Origin: a virus
Length of the DNA: 64,000 nt
Reading direction: 5' to 3' (one strand)
IMG/VR virus record: IMGVR_UViG_3300025137_004926
Shown here: positions 1 through 9,207 of the stretch, piece after piece
How the letters are laid out: each line of letters opens with the position of its first letter
How positions within the stretch are numbered: the stretch's first letter is position 1
Translations under genes and position numbers: made by a program
The notes under the pieces: generated by a model
The model's input: only the letters and a program-made list of their open reading frames with translations
Database searches by the model: none
What the model was told of the DNA's origin: nothing

Positions 1-663
1 TAATTCGTCTTTATAATAACCTTCGCCTTGTTTTATTAAACTTGCTAAGTCTTCACCTGGGTGTGCATCAATCCAATGCATTATATCAGCAATGATATCG
101 CCTGGAGCATCAGCCCCCATTTTTACTAAAATATTGTCAATGTTTTTTACACTTTCGTCTCTGCCTCTAGCAACACTACCACCTTTTTCTTCTGTCTTCA
201 TGCCAGTATAGTCATTGTCAAGTTTTTGAAAGTCTTCATAAGAAATATACATGTCAGTGTCAGGGTCATAGTATGAACCTTCTTTTGGATCATAGTAAAC
301 TACTTTACCACTTAGTGTAGAGAAAGGACCTTCTAGTCCATCACGTGCTTGATACTTTTCTTTATCCATTGCTGGAAGAACTTTGTAACCTTCGTCTACT
401 TGTTGACCGTCCATGTAATCTGCGACATTTTGTAAGTAGTCTTCTGCCATAGTTAATTTAGATGCAACCCAACCTTCAAGACCGTCTTGTTCTGATAAAT
501 CTTTAATATGTTTTGCTATTCTTACTGAACTTTTAACAGATGATAATAATTGTGATTTTGCCATACTGACTTCATGGTCTGTATGATTTGCATCTTCCAT
601 ATCGTGTTCTATTACTTTCATAGCATTTTCAACGATATTCTTCCATTTTTTTACATTTGACAT
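1..663 (-). CDS. Hypothetical late protein, possibly an internal head protein (partial, runs off the window)
   Basis: Open frame from ATG at 663 to the window edge (MSNVKKWKNIVENAM...DHEVSMAKSQL...LEGWVASKLTMAEDYL). AAGGA RBS and a minus-strand TAAATA at 716-721. Confidence 0.7.
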   Translation of the reverse strand, partial: MSNVKKWKNIVENAMKVIEHDMEDANHTDHEVSMAKSQLLSSVKSSVRIAKHIKDLSEQDGLEGWVASKLTMAEDYLQNVADYMDGQQVDEGYKVLPAMDKEKYQARDGLEGPFSTLSGKVVYYDPKEGSYYDPDTDMYISYEDFQKLDNDYTGMKTEEKGGSVARGRDESVKNIDNILVKMGADAPGDIIADIMHWIDAHPGEDLASLIKQGEGYYKDEL

Positions 664-685
664 AACGAATTCCTTTAATAAAACC

Positions 686-714
686 TTGACTTTTGGTTTA
701 TATTGTAATATAAT
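686..714 (+). promoter_or_regulatory. Sigma70-type early promoter
   Basis: TTGACT-17 nt-TATAAT upstream of the ORF at 750. Confidence 0.7.
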
Positions 715-749
715 GTATTTATCATTATTGTAAAGGAAGTAGACAGGTT

Positions 750-1034
750 ATGACACACGAATTTAAATTTAAGTTTAGCACACGTGAACAATTCTATGGT
801 ATTGTTAGACTGCTTAATGCTGAATGTGGAAAAGGTAACTGGACTATTAAAGGTAAAGTACTTAAAGGATTGAAACGAATTGAGACTACATGGGGTGGTT
901 GGGGTACGTCCTCACATAATACTGCGTATACTCCATATATAGAAAAAACTGTAGTCGTGCCTGAGAAGTACAAACATGTAGAATCTATGCTACTTTTCAT
1001 ATACAAAGATGAACGAATTAAATCTAATGACTAA
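750..1034 (+). CDS. Hypothetical protein
   Basis: 94 aa ORF downstream of a promoter, first of an overlapping gene run. Confidence 0.7.
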   Translation: MTHEFKFKFSTREQFYGIVRLLNAECGKGNWTIKGKVLKGLKRIETTWGGWGTSSHNTAYTPYIEKTVVVPEKYKHVESMLLFIYKDERIKSND

Positions 1035-1431
1035 GACTTTACTTACAATAGAAAAAGCACTACATAGTAGACTGAAAGCGGAAGATATATCTCCCGTTAG
1101 TGTACAAGTATTCCCATCATGGGAAGAGGGCTTTAAAGGACACAAAAGAAAAAGAGGTGTCTATGTTATTTTTGATGAAGAAGAAATGATTTATGTAGGG
1201 AAGGGCTTTTTCTCTGCACGTAATAAAAGTCATTATGACAAAGCAACAAATAAAGCAAATTATAATCCAAAAGGCTGGATATGGTTTAAAGAAAATTATA
1301 ATTATAGTATTGACAACTGGCACCTATTTCTGATAGAATTGAGTAGTGAAATAGATATAACTTTTATGGAAGGCGCATTGATTAAAGATTTGCGTCCAAT
1401 CGCAAACGATGAGGTATACATTGACAGGTAA
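1027..1431 (+). CDS. GIY-YIG nuclease family protein
   Basis: GVYVIF...IYVGKG...R motif with a downstream E and N; start chosen at ATG 1027. Confidence 0.7.
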   Translation: MTKTLLTIEKALHSRLKAEDISPVSVQVFPSWEEGFKGHKRKRGVYVIFDEEEMIYVGKGFFSARNKSHYDKATNKANYNPKGWIWFKENYNYSIDNWHLFLIELSSEIDITFMEGALIKDLRPIANDEVYIDR

Positions 1432-2434
1432 AGTTGGGTTTGCATGTAAATTCATGCATGAAAATCAAAGTCTCAAACCTAAAGAGTTGAAGGAGATTCA
1501 ACAGCCACTAAACTTTCGTGGTACAACTATTAGATGGTTACGAGAACATAAGGAACAATCACAAGAAAAAGTTTACGAACTTGTAGAACATAACTTGAAT
1601 GCTACAGAAAATCTTATTGACTACGTAAGCACACTTCCATTGGAGCAACGTATGTTGCGACTAGGTAGTGATATGTTACCTGCATATACAGAAGTTAATC
1701 ATCAGCATCTAACAAAAACTAATTATATCACTAATTTGATAGCAGATAGACTAAATACAATTGGTGAGAAGGCTAGGGCAAACAATGTTCGTTTATCTAT
1801 GCACCCTGGACAATTTACTGTTCTTGCATCAGACAGACCTGATGTTGTAGAAAATAGTATAAAGGAGTTCGAATACCATGCAGATATCATCAGGTGGATG
1901 GGCTATGGCAAGTCGTTTCAAGATTTCAAATGCAACGTCCATATATCGGGTAGAAAAGGTCCAGAAGGCATCAAAGCAATCCTCCCAAGATTATCCCAAG
2001 AAGCGAGAAACACAATCACAATCGAAAACGAAGAAATGTCGTGGGGTCTCGATTCTTGCTTAGAACTAGAAAAAGATGTAGCACTAGTGCTAGACATACA
2101 TCATCACTGGATACACAGTGCAGGTGAATACATAGGAATAAACGATGATAGAGTTAAACGAGTTATTGATAGTTGGCGGGGTGTTAGGCCTGCTATGCAT
2201 TATAGTGTTAGTCGGGAAGATTATATCCCGGAGCATCGACAAGATGTTAGACCAGACTTTCAAAAACTTTTAGAGACTGGACACAAAAAAGCTAAACTAC
2301 GGGCTCACAGTGACTATATGTGGAATGATGCAGTAAATGAATGGGCAGGTACATTCCGTAAAGATTTCGATATCATGGTAGAAGCCAAATGTAAAAATTT
2401 AGCAAGTATTCCTTTTGAGGAGAGTACAAGATGA
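1409..2434 (+). CDS. uvsE: UV DNA damage repair endonuclease UvsE
   Basis: GFAC, RLGSD, RLSMHPGQF, TIENEE, LDIHHH, RAHSD and MVEAK motifs. Confidence 0.92.
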   Translation: MRYTLTGKVGFACKFMHENQSLKPKELKEIQQPLNFRGTTIRWLREHKEQSQEKVYELVEHNLNATENLIDYVSTLPLEQRMLRLGSDMLPAYTEVNHQHLTKTNYITNLIADRLNTIGEKARANNVRLSMHPGQFTVLASDRPDVVENSIKEFEYHADIIRWMGYGKSFQDFKCNVHISGRKGPEGIKAILPRLSQEARNTITIENEEMSWGLDSCLELEKDVALVLDIHHHWIHSAGEYIGINDDRVKRVIDSWRGVRPAMHYSVSREDYIPEHRQDVRPDFQKLLETGHKKAKLRAHSDYMWNDAVNEWAGTFRKDFDIMVEAKCKNLASIPFEESTR

Positions 2435-2571
2435 ATAAAGAAAACATTATGAAAGAAATTGAGAAACTAACAGAAATGTTGCATATTTCAGAAATTGAAA
2501 AAGTACAACACAAATATTTGGAAGGGATTAGGGAAAAGATAATGGCGTTGAGTACCAAATTAAATAAATGA
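2431..2571 (+). CDS. Small hypothetical protein (46 aa)
   Basis: GAGGAG RBS; ATGA overlaps with both neighbours; translated by hand. Confidence 0.55.
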   Translation: MNKENIMKEIEKLTEMLHISEIEKVQHKYLEGIREKIMALSTKLNK

Positions 2572-2747
2572 AATCATTCACAATAGAATTAAAAGTTGGT
2601 GATAAAATCGATTTGGGTCGGTTCAAAAACGTGCGGTCCGAAATAAAAGACATTAAACTTGACGACCATGGTCAACCAGTAATCATTACAAGTAAAGGTG
2701 AGAAGAAAGCATTAAGTTTTAGACTTAGAAAATTGGATACTAAATGA
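2568..2747 (+). CDS. Small hypothetical protein (59 aa, LKVGDKIDLGRFKN...DDHGQP)
   Basis: ATGA coupling at both ends; translated by hand. Confidence 0.6.
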   Translation: MKSFTIELKVGDKIDLGRFKNVRSEIKDIKLDDHGQPVIITSKGEKKALSFRLRKLDTK

Positions 2748-2983
2748 GACCTACGTTACAACAATTAGTAGAATTAGCAAAAGAATCAAAGATAACAGAT
2801 CCAATAGACTGGTCAAACTTAAATGTATCAGAAGATACTGTTTATGATATGATTGGTCTTAGTGTTATTGAAATGTTAGATAAAGTAGAAGGTGAGAATG
2901 CTGAGATAATTATGTCTGCCTCTATACTTAAACTAACGGTTGAAAACTTTGTATTAAACTTACGTTTACAAGGTAAGGTATGA
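2744..2983 (+). CDS. Hypothetical protein
   Basis: 79 aa ORF with ATGA coupling. Confidence 0.65.
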   Translation: MRPTLQQLVELAKESKITDPIDWSNLNVSEDTVYDMIGLSVIEMLDKVEGENAEIIMSASILKLTVENFVLNLRLQGKV

Positions 2984-3141
2984 GCCAAGGGTGTTGCAAT
3001 GACGTTACTATTACTCAAAAGAACGTAACAGTTGAAATAGAAGATTTTTCATTTATCGTCAGAATTCAATTTTGTAGCAACTGTGGTAGTAAGAAATCTG
3101 GAGGAACTGGAATAAGTGATGGCAAAAAAATACGGAATTAA
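2980..3141 (+). CDS. Small Cys-containing protein (CC...CSNCG, possible zinc ribbon)
   Basis: 53 aa frame with an AAGG RBS; translated by hand. Confidence 0.5.
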   Translation: MSQGCCNDVTITQKNVTVEIEDFSFIVRIQFCSNCGSKKSGGTGISDGKKIRN

Positions 3142-3313
3142 GTTTTATAGTTTAGATGGTGATTCTATTTGGATAACAGAAGATAGTAAATATTGTATGG
3201 ATTTAAAAATAAGATTATTTGATACAGAAGAAGATGCTGATGAGACGGCAAATTTGTTTCGATTAAAAGGCAAAGAACATATGGTAAAGGTAGTAGAATA
3301 TGTCACTAAATAA
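3116..3313 (+). CDS. Hypothetical protein
   Basis: 65 aa ORF in the coupled gene run; GGAGG upstream. Confidence 0.6.
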   Translation: MMAKKYGIKFYSLDGDSIWITEDSKYCMDLKIRLFDTEEDADETANLFRLKGKEHMVKVVEYVTK

Positions 3314-3590
3314 TTTGCAAGAACTTATGACTATTACTATGGAAGAATGCGGTGAACTAACTCAAGTATGTAGTAAGATAATGAGAAAGTTTGACAATGT
3401 TGATGAAATAACAAGCAAGACACATACTGCACAATCTCAACGTAATAAGATTATCGAAGAAGCAGGCGATGTTTTGTGTATGTTAGAATTATTAGTTGAG
3501 AACGGATTAGTTGAGTGGAACGAACTTAAAGACCGTGTACAAGTTAAAAGAAATAAACTAGAGAAGTGGTCTACATTAATAAAGGAATGA
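3300..3590 (+). CDS. MazG-like NTP pyrophosphohydrolase
   Basis: EECGEL...EEAGDV acidic motifs. Confidence 0.75.
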   Translation: MSLNNLQELMTITMEECGELTQVCSKIMRKFDNVDEITSKTHTAQSQRNKIIEEAGDVLCMLELLVENGLVEWNELKDRVQVKRNKLEKWSTLIKE

Positions 3591-3594
3591 AGTA

Positions 3595-3795
3595 ATGTCA
3601 ACATCGTGGATGTCACCAATAAGAAAACAGTATTTTAAGATTATACAAAATCTTACAAACAATGCAGATATATTCAGTAGAATGTATTCGGAGACCGGTG
3701 ATAAAGGCGCATTTGAGGCTTACAAAAATTACGTAAAAGAAATAAAAGAAATAAAAGAGTTAATTATAACTAAAGAAAAAGAGGATAATAAGTGA
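3595..3795 (+). CDS. Hypothetical protein
   Basis: 66 aa ORF with an AAGGA RBS. Confidence 0.6.
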   Translation: MSTSWMSPIRKQYFKIIQNLTNNADIFSRMYSETGDKGAFEAYKNYVKEIKEIKELIITKEKEDNK

Positions 3796-3983
3796 TACGT
3801 TGGTACGATTACATAGCAAGTTTTTTGATGGCAGACTTTTTATTAGTCCAAATTAAAATTGCACTTATATCTCCTGTATGGTGGCAACAATCATTCGCCG
3901 TGTTTTGTGCTTGGGGTTTATACAATCTTTGGATAAACATATATTGCATATGGCGATTAAGACAGGAGAATGAAAGAATATGA
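3792..3983 (+). CDS. Small membrane protein
   Basis: Two hydrophobic segments; GAGGA RBS; GTGA overlap. Confidence 0.6.
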   Translation: MIRWYDYIASFLMADFLLVQIKIALISPVWWQQSFAVFCAWGLYNLWINIYCIWRLRQENERI

Positions 3984-4705
3984 TATTAATAGTTGGGTGC
4001 GGATTTGTAGGGGAAACGGTAGCAAAATCACTTGAAGAAAATGGAACAGTAGTTGTAAGAATTGATCCAAAGCTAAATGATAATAAGATACACGATTATC
4101 CAAAGGCTAAAGGTGCAGTGGTGTGTGTTCCTACACCAACAGTAGATGGTAAGTGTGATGATAGCATTATCAGAACTGTATTAGAAGAATTAAAAGATAC
4201 AAAGGTACTATTAAAATGTACAGTACCACCTGATATGTTAGCAACATATCCAGACAATGTAACATACAATCCTGAGTTTTTAAGAGCAAATACGGCTAAA
4301 GAAGATTGGGATAGACAGAAACACTTTATACTTGGTGGGTCTCCGCAAGGTTGTCATTATTGGAGAAACGTATTTTCATATCTCAATGTGTTCTTTTTCG
4401 ATGTAGATAGAGCAACAGCAAGTATGATAAAATATGTTCACAATTCTTGGTTAGCAACAAAAGTAGCATTTTTTCATGAAATGAAAAATAATCTTGACAA
4501 TTCCTATAATCATGATAAGATGATAGATATATTAGGCTTATTTGAGAATATAGGACCTAGTCATATGAAGGCACCTAATGAAGATGGTGGACTTGGTTAT
4601 GGAGGACATTGTTTTCCTAAAGATACTGAGGCATTCTATGATTACTCAAAAAGCGAAATATTAAAAACAGTAATAGAAGTAAACAATAAATTGAGAAAAG
4701 AGTAA
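3980..4705 (+). CDS. UDP-glucose/GDP-mannose dehydrogenase family protein (short form)
   Basis: GCGFVG Rossmann motif, CVPTP, NPEFLR, GYGGHCFPKD; at 241 aa it lacks the usual C-terminal domain. Confidence 0.85.
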   Translation: MILIVGCGFVGETVAKSLEENGTVVVRIDPKLNDNKIHDYPKAKGAVVCVPTPTVDGKCDDSIIRTVLEELKDTKVLLKCTVPPDMLATYPDNVTYNPEFLRANTAKEDWDRQKHFILGGSPQGCHYWRNVFSYLNVFFFDVDRATASMIKYVHNSWLATKVAFFHEMKNNLDNSYNHDKMIDILGLFENIGPSHMKAPNEDGGLGYGGHCFPKDTEAFYDYSKSEILKTVIEVNNKLRKE

Positions 4706-4707
4706 CT

Positions 4708-5244
4708 ATGCCAACACATGCAACAATCGACTTAGAAACATTAAGTACGAAACCTGAGGCAGTACTATTGACTATAGGTGCAATTAAGTTTGACCCTTTT
4801 ACAAATGATCCGCCTTATAAAGAATTTTACTATAGAGCAAACGTGGATGAACAAACTGCTATGGGCAGACATGTTGAAGATGGAACGTTGCAATGGTGGT
4901 CAAGACAGGCTCCCGAAATTGTTGAGGAAGCATTGTCAGATGAAAATAGACATTCAGTAAAAGATATTCTAATTAAATTAAACAAGTATCTTGTTGGGGT
5001 AGATAAGATTTGGTGTCAAGGACCAGTGTTTGATATTGCTATTTTAGAAAATTTATATAGACAATTAGGCTTACATTATAATTGGGCATTCTATAACATT
5101 AGGGATAGTAGAACATTGTTCAGTCTTATGCCAAGAGATCCTAGAAAAGATATATCTTTTGCCGCCCACAATGCATTAGAAGATTGTAGAATACAAAGTA
5201 TTTGTGTACAGAAATCACTAAGAAACTTAGGCGTTACTCAGTAA
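4708..5244 (+). CDS. DEDDh 3'-5' exonuclease
   Basis: IDLETL, FDIAIL, RDSRT and HNALED motifs. Confidence 0.85.
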   Translation: MPTHATIDLETLSTKPEAVLLTIGAIKFDPFTNDPPYKEFYYRANVDEQTAMGRHVEDGTLQWWSRQAPEIVEEALSDENRHSVKDILIKLNKYLVGVDKIWCQGPVFDIAILENLYRQLGLHYNWAFYNIRDSRTLFSLMPRDPRKDISFAAHNALEDCRIQSICVQKSLRNLGVTQ

Positions 5245-5727
5245 CTACCACCTGCCTTGGCCTTTACCTACAATCCAAACAATAAAAACAACAATGACTG
5301 ATAGTCCTATCGCAAGAGATAAACCTATAATCCATTCTAAGATTTTTTGTTTTTTTTCTTCTGCGGCGTAGACTGCCGCTTTACGTTCACTACGCATTCG
5401 TGCTTCTATTCCAACAATTTCTTTCCATGCCGAAGGTCCATAATATAAACTAATATGGGAACGTAATTCTTCACGCATTTCTTTTGCTTTTTGCTGGTGA
5501 CCCCAAACTTCTAGGGCATTTTGTTCTACTTTACTCGCTCCAAATAGTTTTTTAAACATAGGAGGATTTTCTGCTTGTCGATGTGCAAAGTCTAAATCAC
5601 TCATTGACGTTGCCCACGTTTGTAGGGTGCCTGCCATATCATGCAAACTTTTGCCTGTTTCTACTGCTGATTTGATGCCGCGATAGGCGGCTGTTGCCAT
5701 ACCAATGGCGGATACTGGATCAATCAT
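5245..5727 (-). CDS. Hypothetical membrane protein, late-expressed
   Basis: GAGGAGAGG RBS, C-terminal TM segment, perfect TATAAATA on the minus strand at 5760-5767. Confidence 0.75.
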   Translation of the reverse strand: MIDPVSAIGMATAAYRGIKSAVETGKSLHDMAGTLQTWATSMSDLDFAHRQAENPPMFKKLFGASKVEQNALEVWGHQQKAKEMREELRSHISLYYGPSAWKEIVGIEARMRSERKAAVYAAEEKKQKILEWIIGLSLAIGLSVIVVFIVWIVGKGQGRW

Positions 5728-5773
5728 ATACCTCTCCTCATATGAAGTGCCTATATCTTTATTTATAAAAAAC

Positions 5774-5802
5774 TTGACAAATCCTTTACTTTATGTTAAA
5801 GT
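5774..5802 (+). promoter_or_regulatory. Sigma70-type early promoter
   Basis: AAAAAC-TTGACA...TGT-TAAAGT. Confidence 0.6.
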
Positions 5803-5820
5803 AGTTCTTACAAATCAGGA

Positions 5821-6291
5821 GTGTATAGTATGACAATGCATTTAGTAGGTCCGTATATGACCACCAATAGTTATAAGAAGAAAAAACGCAGTAAGATTAC
5901 GGCTGGTAAAATGAAACAATTTGAGATTGATTTACGTGCATATAATAAAAATATGAAACGTGTCGGCAGTCATAATCTTCAAATGACTATGGATGAGTAT
6001 ATTGATTATCGACAAGGCTATTATAAGCCTAAGTCAGAACCACGTGCAGTACAAACACCGTGGCATTACTCAGGTGCTAATATACGTGAGACAGAGCATG
6101 TTGCTAGTCTATCTTCTGATTCAGGTATTGGTACTGCAACAAAGAAACCTGCGATGCAGTATTCAGGTGAACGTAAACTTGTAGGTATCGCAATGATGCA
6201 TAAATCTAATCTTGTTCCTGTATTTGCAGATGAAGATGATAAGACAGGTCAGAAACAGGCTACAGAAATTGCACAGATGAGGAGAAACTAA
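5821..6291 (+). CDS. Hypothetical phage protein (YSGERKLVGIAMMHKSNLVPVF)
   Basis: 156 aa ORF after a promoter; AGGAG RBS (true start probably ATG 5830). Confidence 0.75.
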   Translation: MYSMTMHLVGPYMTTNSYKKKKRSKITAGKMKQFEIDLRAYNKNMKRVGSHNLQMTMDEYIDYRQGYYKPKSEPRAVQTPWHYSGANIRETEHVASLSSDSGIGTATKKPAMQYSGERKLVGIAMMHKSNLVPVFADEDDKTGQKQATEIAQMRRN

Positions 6292-6417
6292 TGAATAGAA
6301 ACCAAATATTATTCACAGTAATCATTCTTGTAATGTTGACAGTTGTGTTATCTAGTTGCAGTAACATAGAAGACAACTGCACAGATGATGGCTGTCCTAG
6401 TTTTCATGAGTTAAACA

Positions 6418-6708
6418 ATGAATAAAGTTTGGAGTGTAACAATCAATGGACAAAACGATTGTGTTGTAATGACAGGTGAACAAGCAATGGTTATTACACT
6501 AAAGTTTTCACCAGATATTCAAATTATTGATATGACAGAAAAACACGGTATGACACCTGAGCATATGCAAAAGGCAGACCGTCAACAACAACTAGAAGAA
6601 TATGGAAGAGACATGTTTTTTGAAAAATGGGAAGGTGTTGGTGGCTTTAATCATTATGTAAAAGCAGACTGGACTTTCGAAAAATTATTAGCAATGGAGG
6701 CAATATGA
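6418..6708 (+). CDS. Hypothetical protein
   Basis: 96 aa ORF. Confidence 0.6.
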   Translation: MNKVWSVTINGQNDCVVMTGEQAMVITLKFSPDIQIIDMTEKHGMTPEHMQKADRQQQLEEYGRDMFFEKWEGVGGFNHYVKADWTFEKLLAMEAI

Positions 6709-6811
6709 GTAAAAAACTATCAGCAAAAGGCAGAATTAGAAACATTAAAACTGCCGCAAAAAAGTTTAAAAGAAAATTATCTTTTAAAGCAAAGAAAAAA
6801 GCGGGTCAATA

Positions 6812-7225
6812 ATGCGACATTCACTCAACACAAAAATTCATGGTATAGGTGTAGATATCGTTGAAGTAAAACGAATGAAAGATGCTATAGATAAACATGG
6901 CGATAAGTTTGCTATGAGAATTTTAAGCAAGTTAGAGCATGATAATTATATTGTGTCTCCAAATAAAGCACAGTATCTTGCAAAGTGTTGGGCGGTAAAA
7001 GAAGCCTTTGTAAAAGCAATAGGTACAGGCTTTAAAGGAAACTTTCTTTGGAAGAATATAACATATTTTTCTCCTGCAGGAAGTTTAGGATTAGGTCATC
7101 CTCAAGTTAGATATAGTGATGAAATCAAAAATGATTCATTAATGAATGGAAAAACTGTTCATCTAAGTGTAAGCGATGAACAATCAATAGTAATTGCGTA
7201 TGTAACTATAGAGGCAAGAACATGA
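6812..7225 (+). CDS. acpS: Holo-[acyl-carrier-protein] synthase (phosphopantetheinyl transferase)
   Basis: GIGVDIVE, WAVKEAFVKAIGTG, GHP and HLSVSD motifs. Confidence 0.9.
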   Translation: MRHSLNTKIHGIGVDIVEVKRMKDAIDKHGDKFAMRILSKLEHDNYIVSPNKAQYLAKCWAVKEAFVKAIGTGFKGNFLWKNITYFSPAGSLGLGHPQVRYSDEIKNDSLMNGKTVHLSVSDEQSIVIAYVTIEART

Positions 7226-7521
7226 CAGACAATATAATACAATTAAGCAAATATAAAAAAGACTTATGGGAACCACCTAGTACAGTGGAAGATGAAGTTG
7301 AAGAAATTACAATAGAATTCATTCAACAAGCTATCGAACTACTAAATGAATATGGTATGGATCCATATGATACAAGTCTTGGAAATGAAATGGTTGCGGT
7401 ATCAATGTTGTTTAGAGCAATGCTTGACAGACAATACGGTAGAGAGAATCATTTACAAACTATGTTAGATGTAATGACTAAAGATATGAAAACAACAGGA
7501 GAGGGTAAAGATGATGAATAA
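7222..7521 (+). CDS. Hypothetical protein
   Basis: 99 aa ORF with a GAGG RBS. Confidence 0.65.
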   Translation: MTDNIIQLSKYKKDLWEPPSTVEDEVEEITIEFIQQAIELLNEYGMDPYDTSLGNEMVAVSMLFRAMLDRQYGRENHLQTMLDVMTKDMKTTGEGKDDE

Positions 7522-7597
7522 TACTATTATGGGATTTAAGGTACAACAAACTGATAAATATGCAAGTCAAAATAATAAAAGTGAGAATAAAAATAAT

Positions 7598-8065
7598 ATG
7601 GACTTAATAAGTGCAAAAGGCAGAGACGATTTATACAGGAAGATTTTAGAAACACAAGATAAGAGACCTGAAATTACTGACCGTATTCAAGCCGCAAGAC
7701 TACAAGGTGGCTTAGAAGAAAATGAGGAACTTTTGGTTGCATTGGAAGATATGCAACGAGTAGATATGGAAGTTCATAGATTACAACAGATGCTTGAAAA
7801 AGTTACTGTAATGGATCCACTCCCAAAAGGGAAGTATAAAAAAGTGTGTTTCGGTGCAACTGTAAAGATTGAAAACTGTGATACTGGCAAACAAATACAA
7901 TATAAGATTGGTGGAGAATTCGACTCAGATCCAAATAATGGCATCATTTCCTTCAAATCTCCTTTAGGAGCCGAGTTAATTGGTTCAGAAAAAGGGGATA
8001 TTATCGCACTTATGCGACCTGCAGGTGACATAGAGTACGAAGTACTTAGAATTTTTGTACCTTAA
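7598..8065 (+). CDS. greA: GreA/GreB family transcription elongation factor
   Basis: RPEI..IQAARLQGGLEENEE coiled coil, V.FGATV, ISFKSPLGAELIG; start at ATG 7598 after TAAATA at 7555-7560. Confidence 0.88.
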   Translation: MDLISAKGRDDLYRKILETQDKRPEITDRIQAARLQGGLEENEELLVALEDMQRVDMEVHRLQQMLEKVTVMDPLPKGKYKKVCFGATVKIENCDTGKQIQYKIGGEFDSDPNNGIISFKSPLGAELIGSEKGDIIALMRPAGDIEYEVLRIFVP

Positions 8066-8069
8066 AAAC

Positions 8070-8097
8070 TTGACAAATCTGCGAATCATGTTATAGT
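8070..8097 (+). promoter_or_regulatory. Early promoter with a GANTC site in the spacer
   Basis: TTGACA-aatctgcGAATCatgt-TATAGT. Confidence 0.75.
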
Positions 8098-8129
8098 ATA
8101 TACATAATCAAAAGAAAGAGGCAGTATAA

Positions 8130-8810
8130 ATGTTAAGATTTCTAAAGATGATGGGTAACGGTATTGTTACTTTAATGAATATAACTACCATAGGTGTATT
8201 AATGGCGTTCGCCGCCTTAGCTACAGGTACAACAATCATGTCAGATGAAACAAAACATGATGATTCTGTTGAGATAGTTATCCCTGTACAAATAGACCCA
8301 ACATCACGTATTGATATGGAATATTTCTTAATCGATCCTTATAAATTTAAAGATGAATTTTGTTTAGCACAAAATATCTTTTTTGAATCAAGTGTTGATA
8401 ACAAAGCAGGAATGGCCGCAGTAGCAGACGTTGTTCTCAATCGTGTAAAACATTCTTACTATCCTAATACTATTTGTGAAGTAGTATATCAAGCTAAAAT
8501 GAAAGAAAGCTGGAAAACAAAACAGTTTCCTGATTTACAGGATAGTGAACGTAAGTATATTCCAGTTAAACACAGATGTCAATTTAGTTGGTACTGTGAT
8601 GGTAAATCAGACGATATTCCATTAGGCTCAGAGAATTGGGTTAAAGCACAGATGATTGCTTGGGACATTATGCACAATGATGGACTACGAGGTATCACAG
8701 AAGGTGCAACACACTATCATGCTACATATGTTAAGCCACGTTGGGCTAGTCAACATAATATGGACTTAGTTGGTCGAATTGGTCTACACATTTTTTATCG
8801 TTGGAACTAA
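8130..8810 (+). CDS. SleB-like cell wall hydrolase (Hydrolase_2)
   Basis: CLAQNIFFES, AVADVVLNRV, CQFSWYCDG, GATHYHA, IGLHIFY; N-terminal TM segment. Confidence 0.9.
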   Translation: MLRFLKMMGNGIVTLMNITTIGVLMAFAALATGTTIMSDETKHDDSVEIVIPVQIDPTSRIDMEYFLIDPYKFKDEFCLAQNIFFESSVDNKAGMAAVADVVLNRVKHSYYPNTICEVVYQAKMKESWKTKQFPDLQDSERKYIPVKHRCQFSWYCDGKSDDIPLGSENWVKAQMIAWDIMHNDGLRGITEGATHYHATYVKPRWASQHNMDLVGRIGLHIFYRWN

Positions 8811-8930
8811 AAAACTCTTGCAATTTTATCTAATCTGATGTATACTAATATCAGTTTAAATGAAAACTAAACACCGAAATGTGATTAAACTAAAACGCAA
8901 TTTTGTCAACTACAGAAGAGGATTTATGAA

Positions 8931-9179
8931 GTGGCAAACAAAATTCAACGAGGTCGTAAGCCTCGTAAAATGTCTGCATCGATGGAGGAAGCAGTTAGTC
9001 TTCTGAAACCGATGAAAGGTCGTAGTGGGCTGTATGGTTGTTTTAGTAAAAACGACAACGGCGAGTACACTGAGGTAGGTGTATATAATTACTCAACCAA
9101 GAAATATGTAATATTTCGAAGTGAGCATGTTGATGGTACAGCCGTCGATGAAATTAGGGAAGTTATCAAGGGGCTTTAG
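8931..9179 (+). CDS. Hypothetical protein
   Basis: 82 aa ORF with a GAAGAGGA RBS. Confidence 0.65.
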   Translation: MANKIQRGRKPRKMSASMEEAVSLLKPMKGRSGLYGCFSKNDNGEYTEVGVYNYSTKKYVIFRSEHVDGTAVDEIREVIKGL

Positions 9180-9189
9180 GCCCTTTGAT
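9165..9189 (+). terminator. Hairpin at gene end (weak terminator or processing stem)
   Basis: ATCAAGGGGC-tttag-GCCCTTTGAT; no strong U-tract. Confidence 0.45.
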
Positions 9190-9207
9190 TACTATTAAGG
9201 TAGCTAA

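Noticed and set aside
7511-7597. N-terminal extension of GreA given by the ORF track
   Set aside because: It contains the TAAATA promoter and is probably non-coding; homology begins at Met 7598.
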